Virus record (IMG/VR): IMGVR_UViG_3300049460_000128
Coordinates: 186,001-250,000 of that record
Reading direction: 5' to 3' (one strand)
Length of the DNA: 64,000 nt
Under the pieces are notes generated by a model. It made no database searches, was not told the DNA's origin, and was given only the letters and a program-made list of their open reading frames with translations. This document shows, piece by piece, positions 55,718 to 64,000 of the stretch (position 1 is the stretch's first letter; every line of letters begins with the position of its first letter). Position numbers and translations under genes: made by a program.

Positions 55718-56105
55718 ATTCAACGACCTTGACGTCTCATTGGTGATGAGCAAGCTGAGTTCCGGAATTGCATACACTCAGGTAAAAACTACGCGAAAGA
55801 ACTGGCAAATTGTTGTAGTGGCCGGAGTACCAATTGAATTCCGTCAACTGTGCATTCTCATGCTGTCTTGGGCAAGTGGTAATTTTAGAGATGAGTTACG
55901 AAATCAATTCCATGACGACACCATGGCAATGTGGAGAGACATCAAATGGCTTCCTGGCAAGAAAGTCAAAGATGACGAGTGGGACTTGCCGTTTTTCTGT
56001 ATGAAGGCATTGAAAGCAGCATCGAGTGATACTGCTGCCGAACTTGATCTGCTGCCACTTGCACAGCAGATCAGTCGAGAACTACACGAAGCAGTTACTC
56101 TTTAG
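55710..56105 (+). CDS. Hypothetical protein
   Basis: Overlaps the NTase stop. Confidence 0.55.
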   Translation: MSKFNDLDVSLVMSKLSSGIAYTQVKTTRKNWQIVVVAGVPIEFRQLCILMLSWASGNFRDELRNQFHDDTMAMWRDIKWLPGKKVKDDEWDLPFFCMKALKAASSDTAAELDLLPLAQQISRELHEAVTL

Positions 56106-56274
56106 AGACTTCCACTACAGCGCCAGTACCAGCAACCAGTTCACCAACAATTGCTTCCAATTGTTCGCATACTTCAACGGGGGTGGCGTGGTCCTCTGCT
56201 ACGAAATCTTCCGGGTTGCCCTTTACTACTTTGCTGATAGTGACTTTGATGGTTTCGGTGTGAATGAATGCCAT
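56095..56274 (-). CDS. Small hypothetical protein
   Basis: ATG at 56274 with AAGGAG and TAAATA upstream. Confidence 0.65.
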   Translation of the reverse strand: MAFIHTETIKVTISKVVKGNPEDFVAEDHATPVEVCEQLEAIVGELVAGTGAVVEVSKE

Positions 56275-56321
56275 GATAATACTCCTTGAGTTAAAGTAGT
56301 ATTTATCTTTCATGTAAAGAA

Positions 56322-56342
56322 AAAGCCGGGTTGCCCCGGCTT
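56322..56342 (-). terminator. Rho-independent terminator
   Basis: AAAGCCGGG-GCAA-CCCGGCTTTTT. Confidence 0.75.
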
Positions 56343-56346
56343 TCGC

Positions 56347-56757
56347 TTATTCCTCGGAGTATTCCAAGTCATCTTCGTCTTCGTCTTCGTCTTCGTCTGA
56401 TTCATATACCACATCAGCTTCTGGACGAACTTTTGGCTTACGGCCACGGCGTTTAGGTGCGTCGTTATTCATGCCATCTGCCCTGATACCATGAATCAAT
56501 CCCAATGCGGCTGGATCCAGGCCTTCAATTTTCTTCAGACCCAAGTAGTCAGTTTCAACTACCTCCATGGCATCGTTGGTCAATTCAATAATGGTATTGA
56601 ATGCAAACGGGTGAGTATAAAAACGCTTGACCTTAAATGTACCTTTGGCTTTTACCAACTTTCCTTTCTCATTTTCTTTGTCATATTGGGCTTCAACGGT
56701 CATTCCCGGAGTGATCAGTTTCAGTTCGAGAAGGCGGCGAAAGAGTGCTGGGTGCAT
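56347..56757 (-). CDS. Hypothetical protein with an AT-hook-like motif and acidic tail
   Basis: PKRRGRKPK; EDEDEDEDD. Confidence 0.7.
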   Translation of the reverse strand: MHPALFRRLLELKLITPGMTVEAQYDKENEKGKLVKAKGTFKVKRFYTHPFAFNTIIELTNDAMEVVETDYLGLKKIEGLDPAALGLIHGIRADGMNNDAPKRRGRKPKVRPEADVVYESDEDEDEDEDDLEYSEE

Positions 56758-57430
56758 GAATGGTACCTTTGTTATTGTTATTATTTTTGGTATGCACTAC
56801 TGGTTCAACTATGATTGCACGAGCAACATTTTTGATAATTCCAGAATACGTCAATTTTGTCATAAGCACGTCATCCTCGTGTTTCAAATAACAGATGAGG
56901 GATGCACTTGACGATCGTAGTTTAACACGACTGGCGTCGTTTTCGTCAGCCAAGGTGGCAACACACCACTGTATTACTTCAGCGGTTGTTTGCTTGCCAA
57001 GATTTGTCTGAAATGTGACCTTCCATTCATACTCGTTATGAAACCAATGTGAACGATACACAACAAAGCCATTCGATCGCAAAACGTCAATCTGATCCTC
57101 AACACTTGGTTGCATGATCTCAGATATATGATAGCGACACGTGATCTCAGCCACCTTACAAAAGTGGTCAAAGTCAGTTTTTTCCGCGAAGTAGAATTTC
57201 CAAGAACTACGGCGCCCCTTTGTGAGCTTGAACCGTTCCTCGGTATCTGGGCATGCAGCCATAAGAGCGTCAAGTGACTTCTTTGACATGCGCCCTACAC
57301 GGTAATCCATTTGATCCCTGAAAACCCAAGACCCACCAGGATTATGAATGGCAACCACATAGGCGTACTTCCCCCACATGATTTTAGGCAGAGTCGAATA
57401 CTTGACCCTGTGCTTTGATGCTAACGACAT
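56693..57430 (-). CDS. Hypothetical protein with an array-like motif
   Basis: YLKHEDDVLMTKLTY. Confidence 0.65.
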   Translation of the reverse strand: MSLASKHRVKYSTLPKIMWGKYAYVVAIHNPGGSWVFRDQMDYRVGRMSKKSLDALMAACPDTEERFKLTKGRRSSWKFYFAEKTDFDHFCKVAEITCRYHISEIMQPSVEDQIDVLRSNGFVVYRSHWFHNEYEWKVTFQTNLGKQTTAEVIQWCVATLADENDASRVKLRSSSASLICYLKHEDDVLMTKLTYSGIIKNVARAIIVEPVVHTKNNNNNKGTIHAPSTLSPPSRTETDHSGNDR

Positions 57431-57509
57431 TGGTTTTTATTGTTATGAATGTTTGGCACTACGATGTTACGGCAACAGGGGATCAGCCTCGCCAATCCCC
57501 TGTTTTTCG

Positions 57510-59816
57510 TTAAGCCGCTACCGCGACTGATTTGAAGCTGTCCAGCTTAATCTCGCCGTTTTCCAACACGACATTCACAACCGAACCTTGGCCCAATTGA
57601 TCGAAGATCATAGCTTTACTGAGCGGCTTCTTGACCTTGTCTTGAATCAGACGGTCAAGTGGGCGGGCGCCCATCGCCGGATCGTAGCCCTTGTCGGCCA
57701 GATAACCCAGTGCTTCGTCGCTGAAGTTCAGCGTGATGCCTTTTTGACCAACTTTGTCCACCACCACTTTGATGAACTTATTGACAATTTTCAGCATGTT
57801 GGTGCGGCCCAAAGCTTTGAAGCGCACGATTGCATCCAGACGATTGCGGAACTCTGGAGAGAACAAACGATTCACCACATCCTTGTCTTCGTCTGCGCGA
57901 TCCTGCATTGCAAAACCCAACGGAGCCTTGGCTGCATCACTAGCACCCGCGTTACTGGTCATGATGACAATAACTTGATTGAATGGTACCATCTTACCAG
58001 CACTATTCGTCAGCTCGCCGTGATCAAACACTTGCAGGAACAAGTTGAAGATATCCGGATGCGCCTTTTCAACTTCGTCGAGCAGCAGCACGCAGCTTGG
58101 CGTCTTTTCAATCGCATTCACGAGCAAGCCATTGCCAGCACCGCCTTCGCCGTAACCCACGTAGCCAGGAGCCGCGCCGATCAGTTTGGCAACCGAGTGT
58201 TTTTCCATGTATTCGCTCATATCGAAGCGAACGATTGGCAATGACAGCGATTCAGCCAAGATCTTGGCGGTTTCAGTTTTACCGACACCAGTAGGGCCAG
58301 TGAACAGGTATGCGCCGGCGGTCTTGTTGTCGTCACGCAGACCAGCACGAGCAACAATCACGCCGTCATTCAGGGTTTCCAGTGCGCCATCTTGACCCAT
58401 TACACCAGCTTGCAACTTGCTTTGCAGCTTCAGCAGAACTTCGCGCTCATCGCCGTCGATGTTTTCAACTGGGATATGGGCTACTTTGCTGACTTCCACC
58501 TGGATGAGTTCCGAGGTGATGACCGTGGCTTTGTCAGCGTCCTTGACACGTTGGCGCGAACCAGCAGCATCCAGAATGTTGATAGCTTTGTCAGGCAGTT
58601 TCTGGCTTGGCATGAAACGAGCAGTCAGGTCAACTGCTTTATCCAGGGCTTCGTCCGTAAAGGTGACGCCGTGGAAAGCTTCGTACGATGCACGCAGACC
58701 ACGCAGGATCAGTTTGCAATTTTCAATCGAAGGCTCGTTGACGTCCAGCTTGTGGAAGCGGCGCATCAGGGCGCGATCTTTCTCGAAATACTTGCGGTAT
58801 TCTTCGTAAGTGGTCGAGCCGATGCAACGCAGTTTGCCTTTTGCCAAAGCCGGTTTCAGCAGATTGGCAACGTCCATGCCGCCCTGATTACTACCCGCAC
58901 CAGCACCCATGATCATGTGGATCTCGTCGATGAACAGGATTGGATCTTCGATGAACGACAGCGCTTGCAGGACGTGTTTCATGCGCTCTTCGAAGTCACC
59001 GCGGAACTTTGTGCCGGCGATCAGGTTGCCGATTTCCAGACTGTACACGACACTGTCGCGGATGATCGATGGGACTTTGCCCTGGACAATCATGTGGGCC
59101 AGACCTTCAGCAATGGCGGTCTTACCAACACCAGGATCGCCGACCATGATGACGTTATTGGAGCGACGACGTGCAGTGATCTGGATGATTTCTGCAACTT
59201 CGTTTTCACGGCCGATAACAGGATCGATGTCGCCGTTTGCTGCTACTTCGTTGAGGTTGATCGTGTACTTGGCCAGGAACGCGACAGCTTCGTCTTTGTT
59301 CGTGATGTCTTTTTGGCGCACTTCGCCGTCAGGACCACGCTGGACGTTTGGTTGACCTTGTGGGCTTGCTTCTTGTTCGCTGGCACCGAAGTATTCTTTC
59401 AGACTCAGCGGATCGAGGCCGATCTTGTGCAGGAAGTGGGCGGCATGACTGTCGTCTTGTTCGGCCACACCCAGCAGCAAGTCAGCAGCGGTTGCTTGTT
59501 TGCGCTTGGTGAACATCGCATGGGCAACGACGTGTTGAACAGTGTTGCCCAACGTTTCGGTTTGGCGAACTTGCCAATTGGCAGGGGCTTGGGGAATGAA
59601 TGGACCTTCCATGTAGTCGGTCAGGATACCACGCAGGTCATCTTGATCGATTTGGAAAGATTCGAAGATCGTTTTTACTTCTTGTTCTTCGATCAATGCA
59701 AACAGCAAGTGTTCTTGTGTTACGTATTCGTGGTCATACTTCCGTGCAAGCTCAAATGCTGCGCGCACGATGCGTATCGCCTCGGCGTTGTCAAACTCCG
59801 TGGATTTATTGCTCAT
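57510..59816 (-). CDS. clpA: ATP-dependent Clp protease ATP-binding subunit ClpA
   Basis: Clp N domain; two AAA modules (GDPGVGKT / FIDEIH and GPTGVGKT / LLDEVEK); LGF loop; PEFRNRLD; MGARP. Confidence 0.93.
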   Translation of the reverse strand: MSNKSTEFDNAEAIRIVRAAFELARKYDHEYVTQEHLLFALIEEQEVKTIFESFQIDQDDLRGILTDYMEGPFIPQAPANWQVRQTETLGNTVQHVVAHAMFTKRKQATAADLLLGVAEQDDSHAAHFLHKIGLDPLSLKEYFGASEQEASPQGQPNVQRGPDGEVRQKDITNKDEAVAFLAKYTINLNEVAANGDIDPVIGRENEVAEIIQITARRRSNNVIMVGDPGVGKTAIAEGLAHMIVQGKVPSIIRDSVVYSLEIGNLIAGTKFRGDFEERMKHVLQALSFIEDPILFIDEIHMIMGAGAGSNQGGMDVANLLKPALAKGKLRCIGSTTYEEYRKYFEKDRALMRRFHKLDVNEPSIENCKLILRGLRASYEAFHGVTFTDEALDKAVDLTARFMPSQKLPDKAINILDAAGSRQRVKDADKATVITSELIQVEVSKVAHIPVENIDGDEREVLLKLQSKLQAGVMGQDGALETLNDGVIVARAGLRDDNKTAGAYLFTGPTGVGKTETAKILAESLSLPIVRFDMSEYMEKHSVAKLIGAAPGYVGYGEGGAGNGLLVNAIEKTPSCVLLLDEVEKAHPDIFNLFLQVFDHGELTNSAGKMVPFNQVIVIMTSNAGASDAAKAPLGFAMQDRADEDKDVVNRLFSPEFRNRLDAIVRFKALGRTNMLKIVNKFIKVVVDKVGQKGITLNFSDEALGYLADKGYDPAMGARPLDRLIQDKVKKPLSKAMIFDQLGQGSVVNVVLENGEIKLDSFKSVAVAA

Positions 59817-59850
59817 TAGTTTTCCTTATGCTGGCCCGTTTTGCTTCTCT

Positions 59851-60309
59851 TCACCTGCCATTCTTGCGATATTGCAGATTGGCTTGGTATATACTGTTAG
59901 CCAGTGTAACACCTGCTTGTAGTTTGTCAAGGCAGAATTTGCCATTTCCTAAAAAAATGGCATGATGGATTTGGTCACGATATGGCGTCAGTTCGCGCTG
60001 AATGAGCGACACAATTGCTTGACGGTCGCTGTGACGAACAAAGTAGCCAGATTGGGATTTAGTTTCGAGACCATACAGCTCGCCATTTATCTCCTCAACA
60101 CGCTGGTCGAGATCATGTTCGGCATCGATGCAAGTTTGAGCACCGCGTTGCGATTGGCGAACAACACCGTCATTTACACCCTGGGCAATGGGAATGCCAG
60201 CTTCGTTGTACTGTTGCGCCCATACAACTTCTGGCAATGCCAGGGCTAACAGCAAAATGACAGATTTCATTTGTGTGCTCCAGTATATCGTAATACCACA
60301 TTGTTGCAC
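59851..60309 (-). CDS. Hypothetical exported protein
   Basis: MKSVILLLALALPEVVWA signal-like segment at an internal Met. Confidence 0.55.
   Translation of the reverse strand: MQQCGITIYWSTQMKSVILLLALALPEVVWAQQYNEAGIPIAQGVNDGVVRQSQRGAQTCIDAEHDLDQRVEEINGELYGLETKSQSGYFVRHSDRQAIVSLIQRELTPYRDQIHHAIFLGNGKFCLDKLQAGVTLANSIYQANLQYRKNGR
59903..59930 (-). promoter_or_regulatory. sigma70-like promoter TTGACA-N16-TACACT
   Basis: Upstream of clpA. Confidence 0.65.
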
Positions 60310-60324
60310 ACAAATGAATAAAAA

Positions 60325-61299
60325 TCAACTACTTAATGAGTCGCGAATGTCAACAAGTTCAAGTATCTGAGCATCAGTCAATTGCATGATATCTGGAACC
60401 ACTGACACAAACTCAATAAACATGTCACCACGACGGCTAGCATGTTGGATGTTCATGCCATGATTTGGAATACGAATTTTGGAATGGGGCTGAGTGCCGG
60501 CACGAACTTGAACGAGCAGCTTCTTACCATCAATGGTCGGTACAGTAAGTTCAGTACCAATCATCAAATCCAAGACATTGATTTTTTGCAAGAATGTAAT
60601 CGTGCTATCTTCACGCAAAAACTGTTCATGCTTAGTAACATGGATGGTCACATACAAGTCGCTGATCTTCACATTGGCATGTTGCCGCCAACCACCACCC
60701 TTACAACGAACTTGTTGACCGTCGTTAATACCAGGCGGAATGGTAACTTGCACCGTGATTGGTGTGAGATTGGACGTATTGTAGAACCGTGATGACGCCG
60801 ATGGCTTTGGAACATACGTGACATTACTGACAATGCCCGTATGTGCTTCTTCCAACGTAATATTAACGTCAACGAACTGGTCAGGATTTACCTTGTTACC
60901 CCAGTCGCTATAGTCATCTTGCGGGTAGGCTTTGCTATGACGACGCAGCAGTTCATCAATATCGTCAAAGTCGCCGCGCTTGGACTCCCAGGCTTCCTTG
61001 AAGTAGTCGGCCGAATCCCAGGAACGAGTACTGGCACGTGGTCTCGTGCTGCGATCATATGTATCACGCTTATCTGGGTCAGTCAAGACCTCATATGACT
61101 CTTTGATTTGTTTGAACTTATCTTCTGCGCCTGCATCCGAATTGCGATCCGGATGGTATTTCATGGCGAGCTTGCGATATGCTTTTTTGATTTCATCCTC
61201 GGTTGCCGTTTTGGCTACACCGAGGATTTCGTAGTGATCATTTTTTTGTTGTGTCATTCTGATCTTTCGGGGTGGTATCACGACGAAGGTTGATAACAC
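60325..61299 (-). CDS. dnaJ: DnaJ-class (type II, CbpA-like) co-chaperone
   Basis: J domain DHYEILGV...KYHPDRN; C-terminal peptide-binding domain; no zinc finger. Confidence 0.9.
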   Translation of the reverse strand: MLSTFVVIPPRKIRMTQQKNDHYEILGVAKTATEDEIKKAYRKLAMKYHPDRNSDAGAEDKFKQIKESYEVLTDPDKRDTYDRSTRPRASTRSWDSADYFKEAWESKRGDFDDIDELLRRHSKAYPQDDYSDWGNKVNPDQFVDVNITLEEAHTGIVSNVTYVPKPSASSRFYNTSNLTPITVQVTIPPGINDGQQVRCKGGGWRQHANVKISDLYVTIHVTKHEQFLREDSTITFLQKINVLDLMIGTELTVPTIDGKKLLVQVRAGTQPHSKIRIPNHGMNIQHASRRGDMFIEFVSVVPDIMQLTDAQILELVDIRDSLSS

Positions 61300-61669
61300 C
61301 TGTTGTATATTGGATCACAGATTTCTGCTCCAAAATATACCGTTGCATTTCGTCAAGGTTGCCAGTCAAATTTTGGAGATTGTCTTGGTCCAGTGAGTAT
61401 AGCACGATGGTTGCCGTCTTGTCTGTTAGCAGCTTTTCTAATTCTGGTCTAGTCAAAATAACCCAATTAACTGGCTTCAAAACCATAGGCTGTGCGGTTG
61501 GGATTGACGCAATGTCACCAATTGGCTGTGGGACAATCACAACTTCTGGCTTCTTGGTCTCCCACAATGCACATCCACTAAGACCGAACAGCAATATGAA
61601 TATGGCTAGAATTTTACTTACCATTTTGAACACCCTTCGTGGCAGTATTGAGCTTGTCAAAGTAATCAT
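61238..61669 (-). CDS. Putative o-spanin (Rz1-like lipoprotein)
   Basis: LLFGLSGC lipobox; Pro-rich; overlaps the i-spanin end. Confidence 0.7.
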   Translation of the reverse strand: MITLTSSILPRRVFKMVSKILAIFILLFGLSGCALWETKKPEVVIVPQPIGDIASIPTAQPMVLKPVNWVILTRPELEKLLTDKTATIVLYSLDQDNLQNLTGNLDEMQRYILEQKSVIQYTTGVINLRRDTTPKDQNDTTKK

Positions 61670-62051
61670 TGAACGACTTGTTCAATTGATTTTGCGAGTC
61701 CTTAACGTTAGACGTAACTTGTGTTTTGAACTTAGACGAATTGACCACATTCGACAACGCATTGGCATTGGCGCGAATGTTCGTCAACTGAACGTTGAAG
61801 GTGTCATTCAGCTCTTTGATGCTCTTGATGTCAGACGCCAATACTTCATTTGCTGCTTTGATCTGTGTGTTTTGTTCTTGCAAACTGGCAATGATGGCCT
61901 TGTTGGATTCAACGGTGGCTTTCATATTTTCCAGATATGAATACAAGAAAAATACGCCGCCAAGAATCAATCCAATACCAATAATCCAAGGCAAAAACTG
62001 CTTCAGATATTTGCCTATTGTGTTTGATGCAAACCATTCAAGTAGAAACAT
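61614..62051 (-). CDS. Putative i-spanin (Rz-like)
   Basis: One N-terminal TM segment followed by a long coiled coil. Confidence 0.7.
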   Translation of the reverse strand: MFLLEWFASNTIGKYLKQFLPWIIGIGLILGGVFFLYSYLENMKATVESNKAIIASLQEQNTQIKAANEVLASDIKSIKELNDTFNVQLTNIRANANALSNVVNSSKFKTQVTSNVKDSQNQLNKSFNDYFDKLNTATKGVQNGK

Positions 62052-62084
62052 ATAAACCTCTTGGGGAGCGAACTCCCCCGTAAA

Positions 62085-63998
62085 TTAAGCGTAAACGCCA
62101 GTCATGGTGTACCATTGGCTAGTGGTGGTGGCAACAAACATCAGACGAGCGTTCGGGCCCAGCGAATAGGCGGCATTCAAGCCCAGTGCATCAATTGCGA
62201 CACTCGCCGACGGGAACACACTGATTGTCACCCCGGTAGTATTGATCAAGATACACGTCTGACCTGCGACTGGTACTGGCAATACTACCGCCTGCGCGGT
62301 ACCAGCAGTCGCAGTAGAAATTACTGTGATCTGATTGGTGATGCTTGCTCCATTACCCTGTGTACTACCAGCAGCCGCCAAACTTGGTGATACCGAACTG
62401 ATAACAAAACGTCCTGTCACATTACCAGTCGCAGTAATGTTTGTGGTGGACGTAATAGCACCGGCAACATTCAATGACGTCAATGTGCCAACCGAGGTAA
62501 TTGCTGGTTGAGCTGCATTGGTGACCGTCTGTGCGCTGGTGGCGGTGGCAGCATTGCCAGTTGTGTTACCTGATGCATCTATGTTGAGGGCGACGATCTT
62601 TGCCAACACACCACTAGCAGTAATACCATTCCATACGTTCACTTGCGTGATAGCACCAGATGCTCCCCGGTAGTTCATATTCAACTGCCCGCCAGCGAAG
62701 CCATTAGCCAGTGTCATCTCATTGGTATTGTCAACGTTCTTATAGCCCGTCAGATTGCCCGTCAGATTGCCCGTAAATGATGGCGCGGTAACAATACCAG
62801 GGACAGTCAACGCACCAGCATCAGTCACCGTCAAAATAGGGGTCGAGTACGCGTCGTTGAGAACTTGGAAGTTGCCATTTTGTGAGCGGACATATTTGAT
62901 TGGAGTTGTCGCACCATTACCAACCAGTTTGATATTGGCTCCGTTTGCACCGGTGTCAGTGATCAATATTGAGGTTGATGAACCTGATGTAGTTACATTC
63001 AAATTGCCCGTCAATGTGCCACCAGTAAGCGGCAGTTTTGTGGCATCAGCAACAGTTATATTCGCGGTACCGTCAAATGCGACACCATTTATAGTACGAG
63101 CAGTTTGAAGCTTGGTTGCAGTTGCCGCATTGCCCGATGTGTTACCTTGGGATATCGCATTAGTTACAAATGCCGTAGTTGCAATTAGCTGTGAGTTATC
63201 AGATGGTGGCTGAGTTCCGGCTGTCCACAAACCACTCAAATTCATTGTCGTGTCTGAAATTTGCTGGATCGATGCCATTGCAACACCAGCCCCGTAGGTG
63301 CTAGTGCTAGTCAGGAACGAAATTGGTTGAGTAACCGCCGTATTACTGGCTGGTTTCAAGGCAATACCATACTGAGTTCCATTCCCCGTGTAATTGATAG
63401 TCACACCCGAGCTGACACCCGTATATGCGCCAGTTGCACCATTGAGGTAAGCAAGACCAGTACTCTGAAGGTTGGTTGCACTAAGGGTACCGCTTACGGT
63501 AGCACCTAAGGTGGTAGTTTGGAATCGTTGACTACCTGCAACGAATGATGTGAATGTACCATCAGGAGCAACCGTAACTCTTGAGGTATTGCCAACCATA
63601 TCAAAAAGAATCAAGTTAGTTCCACCTGCGGAGCCATCAACACCTACAGCCCAACCCAGAACACCAGTATCACGGTAGAATTTAATTTGACCATTGCCGC
63701 CAACACTAGCAGTTGGATTACCAGCAAACACATGACCAGTTGCATTGACTGAGGTCGCTGACGTAATGGCTCCAGATACAGTCAATGGGCCAGTCATAGC
63801 ATCGCCTGCCTTATTGACTGGTGTAAAACCCAACGCACTAGTGATATCACTCGGAATCACGGAAGTCGTCCCCGTCACACGGCCGTAACCGTCAGTATTC
63901 AATTTACGGAACAAGCCAGTACCTGAGTCAGTAACCAGAGCTAAATCCAGTCCGCCAACACTTGATACAATACGGGTTGCAGAAGCCGACAGTGCCGA
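62085..63998 (-). CDS. Tail fibre protein, 5' end outside window
   Basis: Frame stays open to the window edge; ATKLQTARTINGVAFDGTANIT, GTLTGNL, ITSVGTLTSL fibre motifs. Confidence 0.85.
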   Translation of the reverse strand, partial: SALSASATRIVSSVGGLDLALVTDSGTGLFRKLNTDGYGRVTGTTSVIPSDITSALGFTPVNKAGDAMTGPLTVSGAITSATSVNATGHVFAGNPTASVGGNGQIKFYRDTGVLGWAVGVDGSAGGTNLILFDMVGNTSRVTVAPDGTFTSFVAGSQRFQTTTLGATVSGTLSATNLQSTGLAYLNGATGAYTGVSSGVTINYTGNGTQYGIALKPASNTAVTQPISFLTSTSTYGAGVAMASIQQISDTTMNLSGLWTAGTQPPSDNSQLIATTAFVTNAISQGNTSGNAATATKLQTARTINGVAFDGTANITVADATKLPLTGGTLTGNLNVTTSGSSTSILITDTGANGANIKLVGNGATTPIKYVRSQNGNFQVLNDAYSTPILTVTDAGALTVPGIVTAPSFTGNLTGNLTGYKNVDNTNEMTLANGFAGGQLNMNYRGASGAITQVNVWNGITASGVLAKIVALNIDASGNTTGNAATATSAQTVTNAAQPAITSVGTLTSLNVAGAITSTTNITATGNVTGRFVISSVSPSLAAAGSTQGNGASITNQITVISTATAGTAQAVVLPVPVAGQTCILINTTGVTISVFPSASVAIDALGLNAAYSLGPNARLMFVATTTSQWYTMTGVYA

Positions 63999-64000
63999 AA

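Noticed and set aside
58392-59819. 475-aa plus-strand ORF (and 10092..11090, 2357..3019 and similar)
   Set aside because: Antisense shadows of clpA, AAA-M41 and the VWA gene.
62057-62072. GGGGAG-TTCG-CTCCCC hairpin as a terminator
   Set aside because: A stable stem but no U-tract on the coding strand; at most an mRNA-stabilising or processing hairpin.
1-64000. tRNA, rRNA or tmRNA genes
   Set aside because: No cloverleaf with a T-loop GTTCRA and matching acceptor stem was seen in the few intergenic gaps. Checked by eye only; tRNAscan-SE/ARAGORN would be decisive.
1-64000. Stop-codon reassignment
   Set aside because: Known genes (polB, clpA, folE, galE) are full length under the standard code, and TAA, TGA and TAG (e.g. 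33242) all act as stops.

Overview
This 64 kb window looks like part of a large (jumbo) T4-superfamily-like tailed phage genome; that assignment is an inference from gene content. Almost all genes lie on the minus strand. Replication and repair genes: family B DNA polymerase, gp45-like clamp, RNase H-like 5'-3' exonuclease, DsbA-like protein, UvsE, an HhH-GPD glycosylase, and a ligase-like protein lacking its catalytic lysine. Proteostasis genes: a MoxR/VWA pair, an AAA+/M41-peptidase fusion, ClpA and DnaJ. A 7-deazaguanine and sugar cluster: folE, queD-like, queE, a phosphoribosyltransferase, galE and a GT-B glycosyltransferase, with MazG-like and glycosylase genes nearby; no queC or dpdA in the window. 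Also present are two free-standing endonuclease genes on the plus strand, a holin, a spanin pair and a block of modular fibre genes. The most striking structure is a family of about 45 small paralogous ORFs (38 at 12.1-22.4 kb, 7 at 30.5-33.9 kb). They share a C-terminal F-x-x-(E/D)-x-(E/D)-A-x-x-F-(K/R)-L-(T/S/K)-(H/Y/W) motif, are mostly chained by overlapping stop/start codons, and have unrelated middles. Other highlights: a GIY-YIG gene inserted into the 5' end of the polymerase gene with a duplicated, recoded translation-initiation region, and a structured leader upstream of folE. No tRNA, rRNA or CRISPR array was seen. All assignments come from motif recognition by eye; no database searches were run.
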